A stretch of DNA of 64,000 bases, taken from the sequence record MZ475895.1. One strand, 5' to 3'. This document shows, one piece after another, positions 44,911 through 54,207 of this stretch; within the stretch, counting starts at the first letter, position 1; every line of letters starts with the position of its first letter. The notes under the pieces are model-generated. The model saw only the letters and a program-made list of their open reading frames with translations. It was not told the DNA's origin and did not search any database. A program made the position numbers and the translations under genes.

Positions 44911-46011
44911 TTAGCCGCGAACTGCTTTGGCAACGGAACGCACGTTCGCCAGAGTGAAGGAGAAGGTGCTTGACAGCAACCAGCCGCGGTCAGTGTTACC
45001 CTGGTTAGCACCAGAGGTAGGAGTAGACTGCGTACCGCCACGAGTGGTGTACACTGCATGGTAGTCCTGATCAGCCAGAACATACAGCTCGCCCTGTTTC
45101 AGAACGATGTGCTCTGGAGCACGCATACCATCGGTAACCAGCTCCATACCCAGCAGGGTACCCAGACGACCGGTGATCAGCAAATCATACTTAGACACTG
45201 GGTCCAGAGCAGAAGAGAACTGATCGTTACCGATAATGTCGTTCCAGTAGTCCCACGCCATCACGGCGGTAGAGGTCGGCAGCGGCCATGAAGCAACGCT
45301 GTTTTTCAGGGTAGACAGCAGACGCGGAGTCAGGTCACCGTGAACGTAGGTGATCGGGTTAGCGATACCAACAGCTTCGTCACACGCTTGTTTCCACAGA
45401 CGGTCTTCTGCAACCATGATAGAAGACAGGCCATCTTGCTGCGCACGGTCCAGCAGGTCGCCGTTGATCTGGTCCAGATCCATTTTGCTTACGCGGATGT
45501 TGGATTTCAGTTCAAACTCAGCCGGCTGGTAGGTACGGCCACGGAACTGGCGGTAACCGAAATCGGTAGGACCAGTTGCGATGATTGCTTCTGCCTGGTG
45601 AATTTTCAGTTCGATACGAGCAATGTCGCCCTGACGAACGGTAGCACCCTTACAGACTTTGCGCAGCAGACCAGCACGCTCAGCACGGTCTTCGATAGAT
45701 GCAACGATAGAAGCACCCAGCGAGTCCCACTTAGCGCCAGAGGTATCAGCAGCAGCTTCGGCGAACAGTTCAATCTTCTCAGCTTCTGACAGACCGTTAG
45801 AAGCGTTAGACTGTGAATGAACCAGCTCACCATTTTGGAACGCGTTAGCCAGACGGCTGATCTGAGAGATCAGGTCTTTCTGGCTTGATGCGTTAATCTC
45901 ACCAGTGCTTTGGCTCAGAGCTAATTCATTGCTCTTGCCGAAACGCAGGTCTTCAATCGGGGCGCCATTACGCAGAGTTACTTTCGCGCCGCGCATTAAG
46001 GAATTAGTCAT
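44911..46011 (-). CDS. Major capsid protein (HK97 fold)
   Basis: 366 aa in the head module. E-loop-like LLRKVCKGATVRQGDIARIE, AQQDGLSSIMVAEDRLW, GRLGTLLGMELVTD. Strong AGGAG RBS and highly biased codons. Confidence 0.8.
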   Translation of the reverse strand: MTNSLMRGAKVTLRNGAPIEDLRFGKSNELALSQSTGEINASSQKDLISQISRLANAFQNGELVHSQSNASNGLSEAEKIELFAEAAADTSGAKWDSLGASIVASIEDRAERAGLLRKVCKGATVRQGDIARIELKIHQAEAIIATGPTDFGYRQFRGRTYQPAEFELKSNIRVSKMDLDQINGDLLDRAQQDGLSSIMVAEDRLWKQACDEAVGIANPITYVHGDLTPRLLSTLKNSVASWPLPTSTAVMAWDYWNDIIGNDQFSSALDPVSKYDLLITGRLGTLLGMELVTDGMRAPEHIVLKQGELYVLADQDYHAVYTTRGGTQSTPTSGANQGNTDRGWLLSSTFSFTLANVRSVAKAVRG

Positions 46012-46074
46012 TGCTTTGCTCCTGAGATTTTAATCTCGTAGTTTCAGTTTCTAACAGTTACGGTGCGCGACGAA

Positions 46075-46797
46075 TTAGGCGCCGTAAGAGGAAGACATTT
46101 CGATGATCAGGTAACCTTTATCAGAGGTCGGCGAGTGCTTGATGATGCAGCCAGTCAGCTCAGTGCCGGTACCGCCGATAGTCAGCATACCGTTCGGGCC
46201 CAGGGTAGGATGCAGCACATTGTCAGCAGACCAGTCAACAGACGGGTCGAACATTGACGTTGCGATGTTACCCAGCTTGATGTAGCCGATACGGCCAACA
46301 ACGTTTGATGCCAGACCACCGATAGGAGCATCAGCAGTGTAAGAACGCGCTTCGGTAACGGTCAGCTCGTATGCGTACTGAACGTATACGGTTTTGCCAA
46401 CGTCATCAGCGTGGAAGTACAGGTCAGCGCCATCAACGCCAACGATACCTTTAGCAGACGCTTCGGTATCAGCTTCCTGGTCAGCTTTTTTGCCGTCGAT
46501 TTTAACGAACAGCTTACCAGCATCAGGTACGCGAGAAGCGGTGAACTTTTTGGTAGCGTCGATAGTGAAGGTTTCAACGCGGTTCATGTGCGCAGGCGGC
46601 ATGTTACGAGCCAGAGCGAAACCAGCGAACACTTCGTTAGCAGCACCAGTAGACAGACGCAGGAATGATTGACCGTTTTCACGGGCCCATACCAGCGCAA
46701 CGCCTTCTTCGTGGATTACTTCGCCCGGCAGCAGGTCAGCTTCCTGGGTCTGTACAATGTCAGTAGCATTCTGATACAACATAATTGGAATCTCCAA
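46075..46797 (-). CDS. Head structural/decoration protein
   Basis: 240 aa, immediately upstream of the capsid gene. LSTGAANEVFAGFA decoration-like beta fold. High-expression codon usage. Confidence 0.55.
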   Translation of the reverse strand: MEIPIMLYQNATDIVQTQEADLLPGEVIHEEGVALVWARENGQSFLRLSTGAANEVFAGFALARNMPPAHMNRVETFTIDATKKFTASRVPDAGKLFVKIDGKKADQEADTEASAKGIVGVDGADLYFHADDVGKTVYVQYAYELTVTEARSYTADAPIGGLASNVVGRIGYIKLGNIATSMFDPSVDWSADNVLHPTLGPNGMLTIGGTGTELTGCIIKHSPTSDKGYLIIEMSSSYGA

Positions 46798-46832
46798 TAA
46801 GAGAGTAAAGTTTAACTAGCGTAAGGCCGCTC

Positions 46833-48917
46833 TTATGAGCAGCGCAGACGGGCCAGTTTATCTTCGAACGAGTCAGTGGAAGCTGAACTCTGTGATTGAA
46901 TAGGTGCACTATCTTCGTCACCCAGAAGCTGCGCTGCAACGCTTGGTTGCTGCGGCTTAACAGGTGCGGTGACCTGCTGTTGAACTACAGGCTGAGCCTG
47001 CTGCACGGTACCGGCTGCGGCTTCGATTGACTGTGCAACTTCGTTCTGTGCAGTTTCAGACATAGACATAAGAGCCTGTGCTTTTGCCAGAGAAGTTGTC
47101 AGGAAATCTTTACCATGCGCGATAAACGCGTTTTGAATCAGCGCGTTCGGGTCTTTGATGCCTGCGGCAGACAGAGAGCGAACGAGAGAATCAACGATCG
47201 GGTTACGCACTTCACCCCAGTAGTTTTTGGTGATACCCAGCTGAGCAGAAGACAGGGCAGCAATCAAACGTTCCTGATGGGAAGCAACAGTGTCGTTGAT
47301 AGTAGACGATACGCTGGTGGTAGCTTCGTTGATGCGAGCATCAGATTCAGCAACCAGCAATTTGTCTACAGGCATTTCGATTTGATACGGCATAAAGCCA
47401 TACGCTTCGACTGTACCTACAACACCGCTTTGAACCAGGCTGTGTGAAACGGCACGGATGAAATTATCAGTTGCGAAAGATTTACGCGCAACTTCTTCAC
47501 CAACAACGTTAGACACAGAGTTGAACGTGGCGCGAGCAACTGGCTGGCCGTCGTAGTACATGTGTACCGATTCGACTTTACCGCCGTTAGAGCGGCTGAG
47601 GCTTACCAGGGTCGGGTCCAGTTCGCCGTACTGAGCTTGTACGGTAGACAGGCTGTCGAAGGTGCGATTAACGACTTTAGATTCGGAATCGAAGTCTTCG
47701 TCGTCGAGGTCGAGATCATCTTCTTCCAGATCTTCGTCGTCGTCGAGGTCTTCGTCTTCATCATCAGCGCCAGACTCAGAATCGAAATCTTCGTCTTCGT
47801 CGTCTTCGCCATCCAGATCGTCTTCATCCAGATCTTCGTCTTCGTCGCCTGCACCAGATTCGGAGTCGAAATCTTCGTCTTCCAAATCTTCGTCATCTTC
47901 GAGGTCTTCCTCGTCTTCGTCGTCCAGATCATCTTCATCCAGATCTTCGTCGTCGAGGTCATCCTCTTCGTCTTCGTCGAAGTCATCTTCATCGAAGTCG
48001 TCTTCATCTTCATCACCATCAGATGATTCAGAATCAAAGTCGTCGTCAGAATCTTCGTCTTCGTCGTCGAGGTCCAGATCGTCTTCGTCCAGGATATCAA
48101 TGTCGCTGTCGCTATCATCGTCACCGGAGTTAGATTCAATCGGCTCGTCGACCAGTGCCGCAGAGCAATGCGCACAGAAGACAGGCTCTTCATCGGAGCT
48201 TACAGTAAACGGCTGTTCGCATTTAGCGGAGCAGCTATAGATGTGAGCTTCGACGGTACCGTCAGCGGCAGCAGAAGACAGAGCAGTAACAGCTTCAGGA
48301 GCGTCCTGAGCATCACAGCTATCAACAGCCTGGCCGGTGTACGGGTCGAATTTGGCAACAGTAGCAGCGTTGAAGCTACCAGTGTTGGACAGCGCTGTGA
48401 ACGTTTGAGCACCAGACAGGGCCTGCGCGAAGTTGCGTTGAGCTTCTTCGGCAGTCTCGCCAGTAGCGATCAGGCTCGCGTGTTCAATCTGTTCATCAGC
48501 GTTTGCGCTCTCAGCAAGGAACTGTGATACGCGTTCATCAGTGATTTCTGACAGGTCAGCAGAGCACGACGGGCAGCAGCCCTGAACGAGCGAAGCACTG
48601 TCGCTGATAACGTGGCTACCACAACCATCCAGACAGATAGTGTAATGCGCCTTCACGTCACCAGCAGAAGACTGAGACTGAACTTCGGCTTTCTCAACCA
48701 AATCAGGATGCTCATCCAGCAGTTCGTTACCGCCGGTTGGGTTGTAGAGGTCAGCGCCACTTTGCGAAGCAAAGCCCACACCGTCAGAAGAACCATAAAT
48801 CATTAAGTTCTGGCCTAACGCAGTGCGACGAAAGTTCTCTACTGCCTGATTATGGTTTTTACCGACACACAGGATACCCGCGAGTTGGGTAATCTTTGGC
48901 ATGGTTAAAACCCTCAT
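46833..48917 (-). CDS. Putative prohead scaffold with Cys clusters and long acidic tract
   Basis: 694 aa, or start at ATG 48902 with a GAGG RBS. CxxxC/CxxC clusters and an ~150-aa D/E tract. Lies between protease and capsid genes. Confidence 0.55.
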   Translation of the reverse strand: MRVLTMPKITQLAGILCVGKNHNQAVENFRRTALGQNLMIYGSSDGVGFASQSGADLYNPTGGNELLDEHPDLVEKAEVQSQSSAGDVKAHYTICLDGCGSHVISDSASLVQGCCPSCSADLSEITDERVSQFLAESANADEQIEHASLIATGETAEEAQRNFAQALSGAQTFTALSNTGSFNAATVAKFDPYTGQAVDSCDAQDAPEAVTALSSAAADGTVEAHIYSCSAKCEQPFTVSSDEEPVFCAHCSAALVDEPIESNSGDDDSDSDIDILDEDDLDLDDEDEDSDDDFDSESSDGDEDEDDFDEDDFDEDEEDDLDDEDLDEDDLDDEDEEDLEDDEDLEDEDFDSESGAGDEDEDLDEDDLDGEDDEDEDFDSESGADDEDEDLDDDEDLEEDDLDLDDEDFDSESKVVNRTFDSLSTVQAQYGELDPTLVSLSRSNGGKVESVHMYYDGQPVARATFNSVSNVVGEEVARKSFATDNFIRAVSHSLVQSGVVGTVEAYGFMPYQIEMPVDKLLVAESDARINEATTSVSSTINDTVASHQERLIAALSSAQLGITKNYWGEVRNPIVDSLVRSLSAAGIKDPNALIQNAFIAHGKDFLTTSLAKAQALMSMSETAQNEVAQSIEAAAGTVQQAQPVVQQQVTAPVKPQQPSVAAQLLGDEDSAPIQSQSSASTDSFEDKLARLRCS
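47690..48130 (-). repeat. Low-complexity Asp/Glu codon tract (GAC/GAA/GAT) with repeated DEDFDSES
   Basis: Imperfect tandem repeats of tcgtc/ttcatc on the + strand. Confidence 0.8.
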
Positions 48918-48947
48918 AAGGAATGAAGTCGTTGAATCGACAGGTTG

Positions 48948-48955
48948 AAATTAAC
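48948..48955 (-). promoter_or_regulatory. GTTAATTT, one-mismatch variant of the late-promoter motif
   Basis: Intergenic, 31 nt upstream of 48917. Confidence 0.45.
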
Positions 48956-48980
48956 GAAAGCAGAAAAATTTAAGGTATTT

Positions 48981-50111
48981 TTAGACTTTTCTGCTATCAA
49001 TATCTGACTGAGGAATATAGCGATTTTCGAAGTATTTATTCACTACTTCGACACCGTTTAGCGTATAAACGTTACGCAAACTATCTCCCCATACCATTAG
49101 TTCTGCCAGCGTTGCAAAGTGCTCCGTAGGCACGGATTTAATGGTCAGTGCATTGTTCGAATCAGGATGGATTCGCTTACCACGAATGGCCTGATCAAAC
49201 TTCATACGGTCTACGTTACGCAGCATAGTATGGTCCACAAAGTGAGCCAATTCATGCGTCATAACGTGGGCCATACTTTTGCTGTTATATCCACCCAGCA
49301 AACGAACAAGCTGTTGTGGACTAATAGCGATAACGCCGTACATAAAGCCACGAATCATGTACGTGCTAATGTGAGAACCGCCTACATCGTTACCTTCCTG
49401 CCCACCCAGAATAGAAACGTACAGACGCTTAAACGGCAGATTAACGTTCAGCCCTACAGCAGGCATTACGTTGTCCTGGATATCCTTTAGCACGAATGCT
49501 GGTGGGCTAACACCGTTGACTGAGATGTTTAGGCCAGGGATATTCAGTTCATCTGCACCACGCACTTCGAGATGTACCGTACCACATTTAGGCAGTGGTT
49601 GAATTGCGTAGTTGTTTGGCGTACCACCAGCATAAGCAATATCAGAGTATTGCAGAGGCGTGAATTTACCGAACTGAGGCCTGTCAAGTTCTCGACGTTG
49701 ACGCGCTTCTTTGGACGCACGATCATCATCGATAGGAGTATCAACAGGAGGTTTTGGTTCAGGTTCAGGCGGTGGGATTGGCACTTCGGCAGCGGCAGGT
49801 TTTGGAACTTTCGCAGGCTTAGGCACTTTGACAGGCTTAGGCTTAGCAGACTTCTCCTCGTACGGAGTAAAGTCAAAGCTATCAAACAACGCATCAGGCT
49901 GAGCAGCAAAAGGTCTGCTATTAGCCAGTATCATTCCAGCGCTCTCCCCGCTGATTGCAACAGCTTGAGGGTACTTAGGGTGAGCGATGTAATAGAGGTC
50001 ATCGTTAACTTGGTGGAGACCTACGACCTCGCGTGGCTGCATACGCACACCATTTGAAATCATAGTATCTCCACCTAAGTAACGGACGAATTTGTAGTCC
50101 GTTATATCCAT
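48981..50111 (-). CDS. Zincin-like metallopeptidase domain protein
   Basis: 376 aa. HVMTHELAHFVDH (HExxH) followed by EHFATLAE. N-terminal shared domain plus a Pro/Lys linker. Confidence 0.65.
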   Translation of the reverse strand: MDITDYKFVRYLGGDTMISNGVRMQPREVVGLHQVNDDLYYIAHPKYPQAVAISGESAGMILANSRPFAAQPDALFDSFDFTPYEEKSAKPKPVKVPKPAKVPKPAAAEVPIPPPEPEPKPPVDTPIDDDRASKEARQRRELDRPQFGKFTPLQYSDIAYAGGTPNNYAIQPLPKCGTVHLEVRGADELNIPGLNISVNGVSPPAFVLKDIQDNVMPAVGLNVNLPFKRLYVSILGGQEGNDVGGSHISTYMIRGFMYGVIAISPQQLVRLLGGYNSKSMAHVMTHELAHFVDHTMLRNVDRMKFDQAIRGKRIHPDSNNALTIKSVPTEHFATLAELMVWGDSLRNVYTLNGVEVVNKYFENRYIPQSDIDSRKV

Positions 50112-50890
50112 TAACGCATCCGCAGCAGGTGTTCTTTGTACGTTGCAGCACAGGCAAACGCTGGGTCATCCACAGAGCTACACTCGAAACCAGTGAGGCT
50201 CTTACAGTCACGATAAACCAGGCGACCTGTACGCGCATCCAAATACGTAGGCTTGTTGAACGCTGTGTGCGAACAGAAGTTACGATTCTTCGGCGTTACC
50301 ATCTGACCACAGATACTGCATTTATAAGCACGGTAGGTTGTGCCCTTGCTGTACGTGTTCAGTTCACCGCTGAGAATACGGTCACAACGTTCCTTACAGC
50401 GCGTGCGGTCAAACGCCAGCAACAGAGTCAGACGCGCATGATTGCCACGGAAGTTTTTCAGCTTAGACAGGTTTGAGTCAAAGATCATGCCCATTGCTTG
50501 GCGATAGTCTTTGTTGTTGTGCTCGATAAACGTCGGCTTACCAATGAACGTCTGATATGCAAGGCGTCCTTGATCAGGGTTAAACGTCAACCATTCCTGT
50601 AAGCTGAATGCATCTCCGTTAGTGTTCGGCAACTCCGTGATGTTTACTACAACAGGCGCAATGATATAGTCACGGATATCACGCGAGGTGTTGTACATCT
50701 CAGCAGCTTTAGGCAGCCACACGTTAACGTCGAGGTTAAAAGATCCCGTCTCAATACCGAAACGCGAAGCATCAACACGAATAGACTTAGCGTTTCGGCT
50801 AACATCTTCTTTGTGCATATCAATCGCGTTCAGTCCGACGAGGCCCATGTCTGAGGTATCAAACGACTCAGACTTGATGAGCTGGGTCAT
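50111..50890 (-). CDS. Putative prohead (head maturation) protease
   Basis: 259 aa. PNTNGDAFS...TFIGKPTFIEHN...GMIFDS...SKG...CSICG pattern of phage head proteases, upstream of scaffold and capsid. Confidence 0.6.
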   Translation of the reverse strand: MTQLIKSESFDTSDMGLVGLNAIDMHKEDVSRNAKSIRVDASRFGIETGSFNLDVNVWLPKAAEMYNTSRDIRDYIIAPVVVNITELPNTNGDAFSLQEWLTFNPDQGRLAYQTFIGKPTFIEHNNKDYRQAMGMIFDSNLSKLKNFRGNHARLTLLLAFDRTRCKERCDRILSGELNTYSKGTTYRAYKCSICGQMVTPKNRNFCSHTAFNKPTYLDARTGRLVYRDCKSLTGFECSSVDDPAFACAATYKEHLLRMR

Positions 50891-50900
50891 CGTGTTCTCC

Positions 50901-51317
50901 CTATTGGAAATTGTTTATGTTATCAAGGCCGCAATTGGCTAGACGCACATGCGACTCAGGCACCTCGAAGATTTGAGAGCAACCCAAGTCGGTCAGTTGA
51001 TATATCAATCGTCCATTAGAAATTATTGCGTTTTCAACATAGGCAGCAACTTCTGTACCATCTTCTTGCTTGACCATAACTTCAACGCCAGGATAGAATA
51101 CGTCGAAACTCTTGGAGCTAAAGATAGGTCGAACAATGTCGGTCTCTGCAACAGGATGCTGGGCATAGCGCGTTTGAATCATATACAACGCACAGTCACC
51201 GCTGATCAGGATAGTATTGATTGTGCCACGCAGATTGTACGGAGCACCCTGAGCAGTAGTGCCAGCAACGAACGTGACAATATCACCGATGTTATACGCA
51301 AACGAGAACTGAGCCAT
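50901..51317 (-). CDS. Hypothetical protein with two SH3/KOW-like repeats
   Basis: Likely start at ATG 51317 (GAGG RBS). YNIGDIVTF / FYPGVEVMV repeats. Confidence 0.6.
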   Translation of the reverse strand: MAQFSFAYNIGDIVTFVAGTTAQGAPYNLRGTINTILISGDCALYMIQTRYAQHPVAETDIVRPIFSSKSFDVFYPGVEVMVKQEDGTEVAAYVENAIISNGRLIYQLTDLGCSQIFEVPESHVRLANCGLDNINNFQ

Positions 51318-51318
51318 G

Positions 51319-52173
51319 TTAACCTCGAAGTGCACCACGCGCCCAAGACTTAGCGAGAGCCAGAGTCATACGGCTAGGGTTCTGGAGTTTGACTTCACCC
51401 CGATGAACAGCAGTGAACGGTTCATTAGGGTTCTCGCTGCGTCCAGAACGATACGCAGATTCATTGAAGCCATCAAACAAAGTAACCAGCCAGCCAGTTG
51501 ACTTATCAGAGCATTCGCCGCACTTGTTGTCCCAGCTAATCTTACCGCATGTACGGCCACCGGCATTGATAGCGTATGACACACGGTCTTTGTCAGAGTA
51601 AACGTCCTTAGCACGAATGGTTTTGAACGTCACACGAGACGAGGACTCAGAGCGCGGCATCATGCGTGCTTTAATCGCTTCTGTATCAATCGAGGACCAG
51701 AATGATTCAAACAGCATACCCAGCTTCTGATCAATAGGCAGCTTGAGTCCATTGATTTGCGCAATGGTACTGGAGCTATCATTGATAACGCGATTCAGGA
51801 AGTAGCCGCCAATGATTATCGGCAGCTGTGTTCCCTGTGAGCCTACAGTGATACCAGATTGCTTGCAGTAGATCTCAGACAGACCGATAGCGAGACGCGC
51901 AAGAACCTTGAACGTCTCTTTCTCTGTCGTGTTTGCGATTTCAGTGTACAGACGCGCTGCAATGTTCGGCACGACTGTACGCTTGGCAACGCTGGCAATA
52001 TCTTCGGCTGTGATAGTCTGACCAAGTTTCTTCTTGGCCGCTAACGCAAAGGCGTTATACAGACTGGCTTTGTTCTCCGACGTCAGGGCCTCGTTCAGCT
52101 TGCTGATCGTCGTCTCCGCGCTGCTTTTCAGACTCGGAGTTTGAACTGTTTTGAGTCTCGCAACTTTCGGCAT
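51319..52173 (-). CDS. Hypothetical protein
   Basis: 284 aa with AGGAG RBS, overlapping the end of the glycosyltransferase gene. Confidence 0.7.
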   Translation of the reverse strand: MPKVARLKTVQTPSLKSSAETTISKLNEALTSENKASLYNAFALAAKKKLGQTITAEDIASVAKRTVVPNIAARLYTEIANTTEKETFKVLARLAIGLSEIYCKQSGITVGSQGTQLPIIIGGYFLNRVINDSSSTIAQINGLKLPIDQKLGMLFESFWSSIDTEAIKARMMPRSESSSRVTFKTIRAKDVYSDKDRVSYAINAGGRTCGKISWDNKCGECSDKSTGWLVTLFDGFNESAYRSGRSENPNEPFTAVHRGEVKLQNPSRMTLALAKSWARGALRG

Positions 52174-53287
52174 TGGAGTTTTTCTCCTGGTTGAGGGCTT
52201 GCTTCGCTAAAATCCCAAGCAGGCCAGAGGCTTTGATTTCTGTCTCAACGTCAAGCCCACGATGCAGACTGAGTTGAGCTAAATAGTTCAATGCAGGTTC
52301 GACCATATTAAGATTACGACAACCCCAATAGGCGCATTCGTAACATAAGTCTAAATTAACAGAGGTCTGGTCAAACAAGAAACTTTTTGGATTCTGTTGC
52401 GCAACAGACAGTCCCTGGATAGCCATACCCACAGAGTTGATCATATCATCACGGCGATAGAAAATATCGGACAGCATCGCGTAGCATTCAATACGATCAG
52501 AGCGGGCAGCAATAGCACGGTAGCAGCAGTTAACGGCTTCCTGAATAAAGCCCTGCTTGAACGTTGCTTTTGACAGTTCCAGATTCGCCACAGCAACATA
52601 GTCAGACCACGTTGCTAGTTTGGTAAGACGTGCTACTTCGGCGCGTGCATCATCAAGCAGGTCAGCACGGTCATAGTAAGCAACCGAGTAGCACAGCTCA
52701 CGCGCATAATAGAAAGAGCAGCGCTGGTCACGAGGCCAATCGCCCGCATCACGCGCCAGCTCCATGAGATAACCACGAGGCTTAGTGTGATCTGGGAAAT
52801 GGTCAGTAGCGAACTCAGCACGCACAGTATGCGGTGGGTTACCTTCACGAATACGCATCAATACTTCATGCGCACGGTAGCGCCACGTATACGCTCGGCT
52901 CTTGTATGCTTTCATCTGGTCATACTGGCTATCGCCGTTACGCATCAGAATCCAAACACCATCAGCCTGTTCAATGTCAGGCATCTGACGTAACTTCTCA
53001 ACCCAATCTGGATCGTCGAAGCGTTCATCAATGTCCAGCCAAACGATTAAATCATCTTCATGGAATGGCGCAGCGGCCAGGTCGCGACTAGCACCCAGAT
53101 TGCGTTCTTCGGAGATGTCCGTAGAGTGATACAGCGCTGGGTGCGCGAACTCGGAAACAATCTGAGTCGTTGCATCAATGCTGCCTGTGTCCACGATACT
53201 GATAGCATCAGCAGCAGACACATGCTTCAACCACTCGGCCATATTCTTTTCTTCATCACGGCAAATAGCCGCTACGCAAATTCTCAT
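52055..53287 (-). CDS. Glycosyltransferase family 2 with TPR repeats
   Basis: ICVAAICRDEEKN, IVDTGSID, WLDIDERF (DxD), YRAHE, FYYAREL, followed by TPR-like helices. Confidence 0.85.
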   Translation of the reverse strand: MRICVAAICRDEEKNMAEWLKHVSAADAISIVDTGSIDATTQIVSEFAHPALYHSTDISEERNLGASRDLAAAPFHEDDLIVWLDIDERFDDPDWVEKLRQMPDIEQADGVWILMRNGDSQYDQMKAYKSRAYTWRYRAHEVLMRIREGNPPHTVRAEFATDHFPDHTKPRGYLMELARDAGDWPRDQRCSFYYARELCYSVAYYDRADLLDDARAEVARLTKLATWSDYVAVANLELSKATFKQGFIQEAVNCCYRAIAARSDRIECYAMLSDIFYRRDDMINSVGMAIQGLSVAQQNPKSFLFDQTSVNLDLCYECAYWGCRNLNMVEPALNYLAQLSLHRGLDVETEIKASGLLGILAKQALNQEKNSNAESCETQNSSNSESEKQRGDDDQQAERGPDVGEQSQSV

Positions 53288-53298
53288 GAGTGCCTCTT

Positions 53299-54207
53299 TT
53301 ATACAAGAACGTTACCGCTATCCCACCACTTCTTGCCATAGATTTCAGACAGGCGGTAGTCAAGCACGATTGGTTGGTCAAGATCGACCTGAAGGATATC
53401 GCGACCTAGTGCAGCGCTATAAACTGTTTTCTCCTCAGTGTATACGCGTATCTCTAGTTCCATGTCGCCTTGCGAATACTTGGGAACGAACGGCACATTC
53501 AGATCGCCATTGAACCCCTGACCGAGCGTATCGTCAAAGTAAGTAGACATACGAATCTCGGTACCCTGATTGATAATGGTGGGTGCATACACCATGCGAT
53601 TATTATACGCCGTGTAGTCAGCTACCGTGGACTGTTGAAGCAGGCGGCGCTTATAGATGCGCGTTACGCCTTTGTCATCCACTACCGTACGATACTGATT
53701 GTAGAACCAGTTGATCTCATAGAACTTAACTGGCTTGAGGCCAGCAGATGAAACCAATGAGGCAGTCATACGGTGATAGGTCTTCTCCGTATTCAGACGA
53801 TAGAGCAGAATCTTAAACGCGTACCATTGGTAAACGTCTAACGTGATTGAGCCTGCATCTGATTGCTGAGTACCGTTAGTGAGGATATACGAGAAGCAAT
53901 CGCCACCAACGTAACCGCTACGGGGATCGTAAATGAACGCATCACTAAAGCTATTCAGTTCGACAGTACCCAACAGTGGGTCGCTCACTTTGATTGCAGC
54001 AAGGCGCCAACCACGCTGGGCTGGAACCTTGTCGAGAACGCCTTCTGTGGGACTGTGACCTGTTAGCTCGTCGCGTGCGCCTTGCAGAATCTGATCGATA
54101 GTGATTTCAGTTTTACCTGAGTTCTTCACACGTATCGTTCTGTTTGGTGCTATTGGCTTATAGTTGCGCCAGTAGTCAAACGTACAAGGCAAAGAGAGCA
54201 TAGTCAC
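53299..54207 (-). CDS. Structural protein with cadherin/Ig-like (Big_9-like) motif
   Basis: 302 aa. AFIYDPRSGYVGGDCFSYILTNG. Confidence 0.6.
   Translation of the reverse strand: MTMLSLPCTFDYWRNYKPIAPNRTIRVKNSGKTEITIDQILQGARDELTGHSPTEGVLDKVPAQRGWRLAAIKVSDPLLGTVELNSFSDAFIYDPRSGYVGGDCFSYILTNGTQQSDAGSITLDVYQWYAFKILLYRLNTEKTYHRMTASLVSSAGLKPVKFYEINWFYNQYRTVVDDKGVTRIYKRRLLQQSTVADYTAYNNRMVYAPTIINQGTEIRMSTYFDDTLGQGFNGDLNVPFVPKYSQGDMELEIRVYTEEKTVYSAALGRDILQVDLDQPIVLDYRLSEIYGKKWWDSGNVLV

Noticed and set aside
47662-48240. Ser-rich + strand ORF (also 47562..48026 and 56425..57138)
   Set aside because: Antisense shadows of GAC/GAA-rich acidic tracts. No RBS, and the composition is fully explained by the minus-strand gene.
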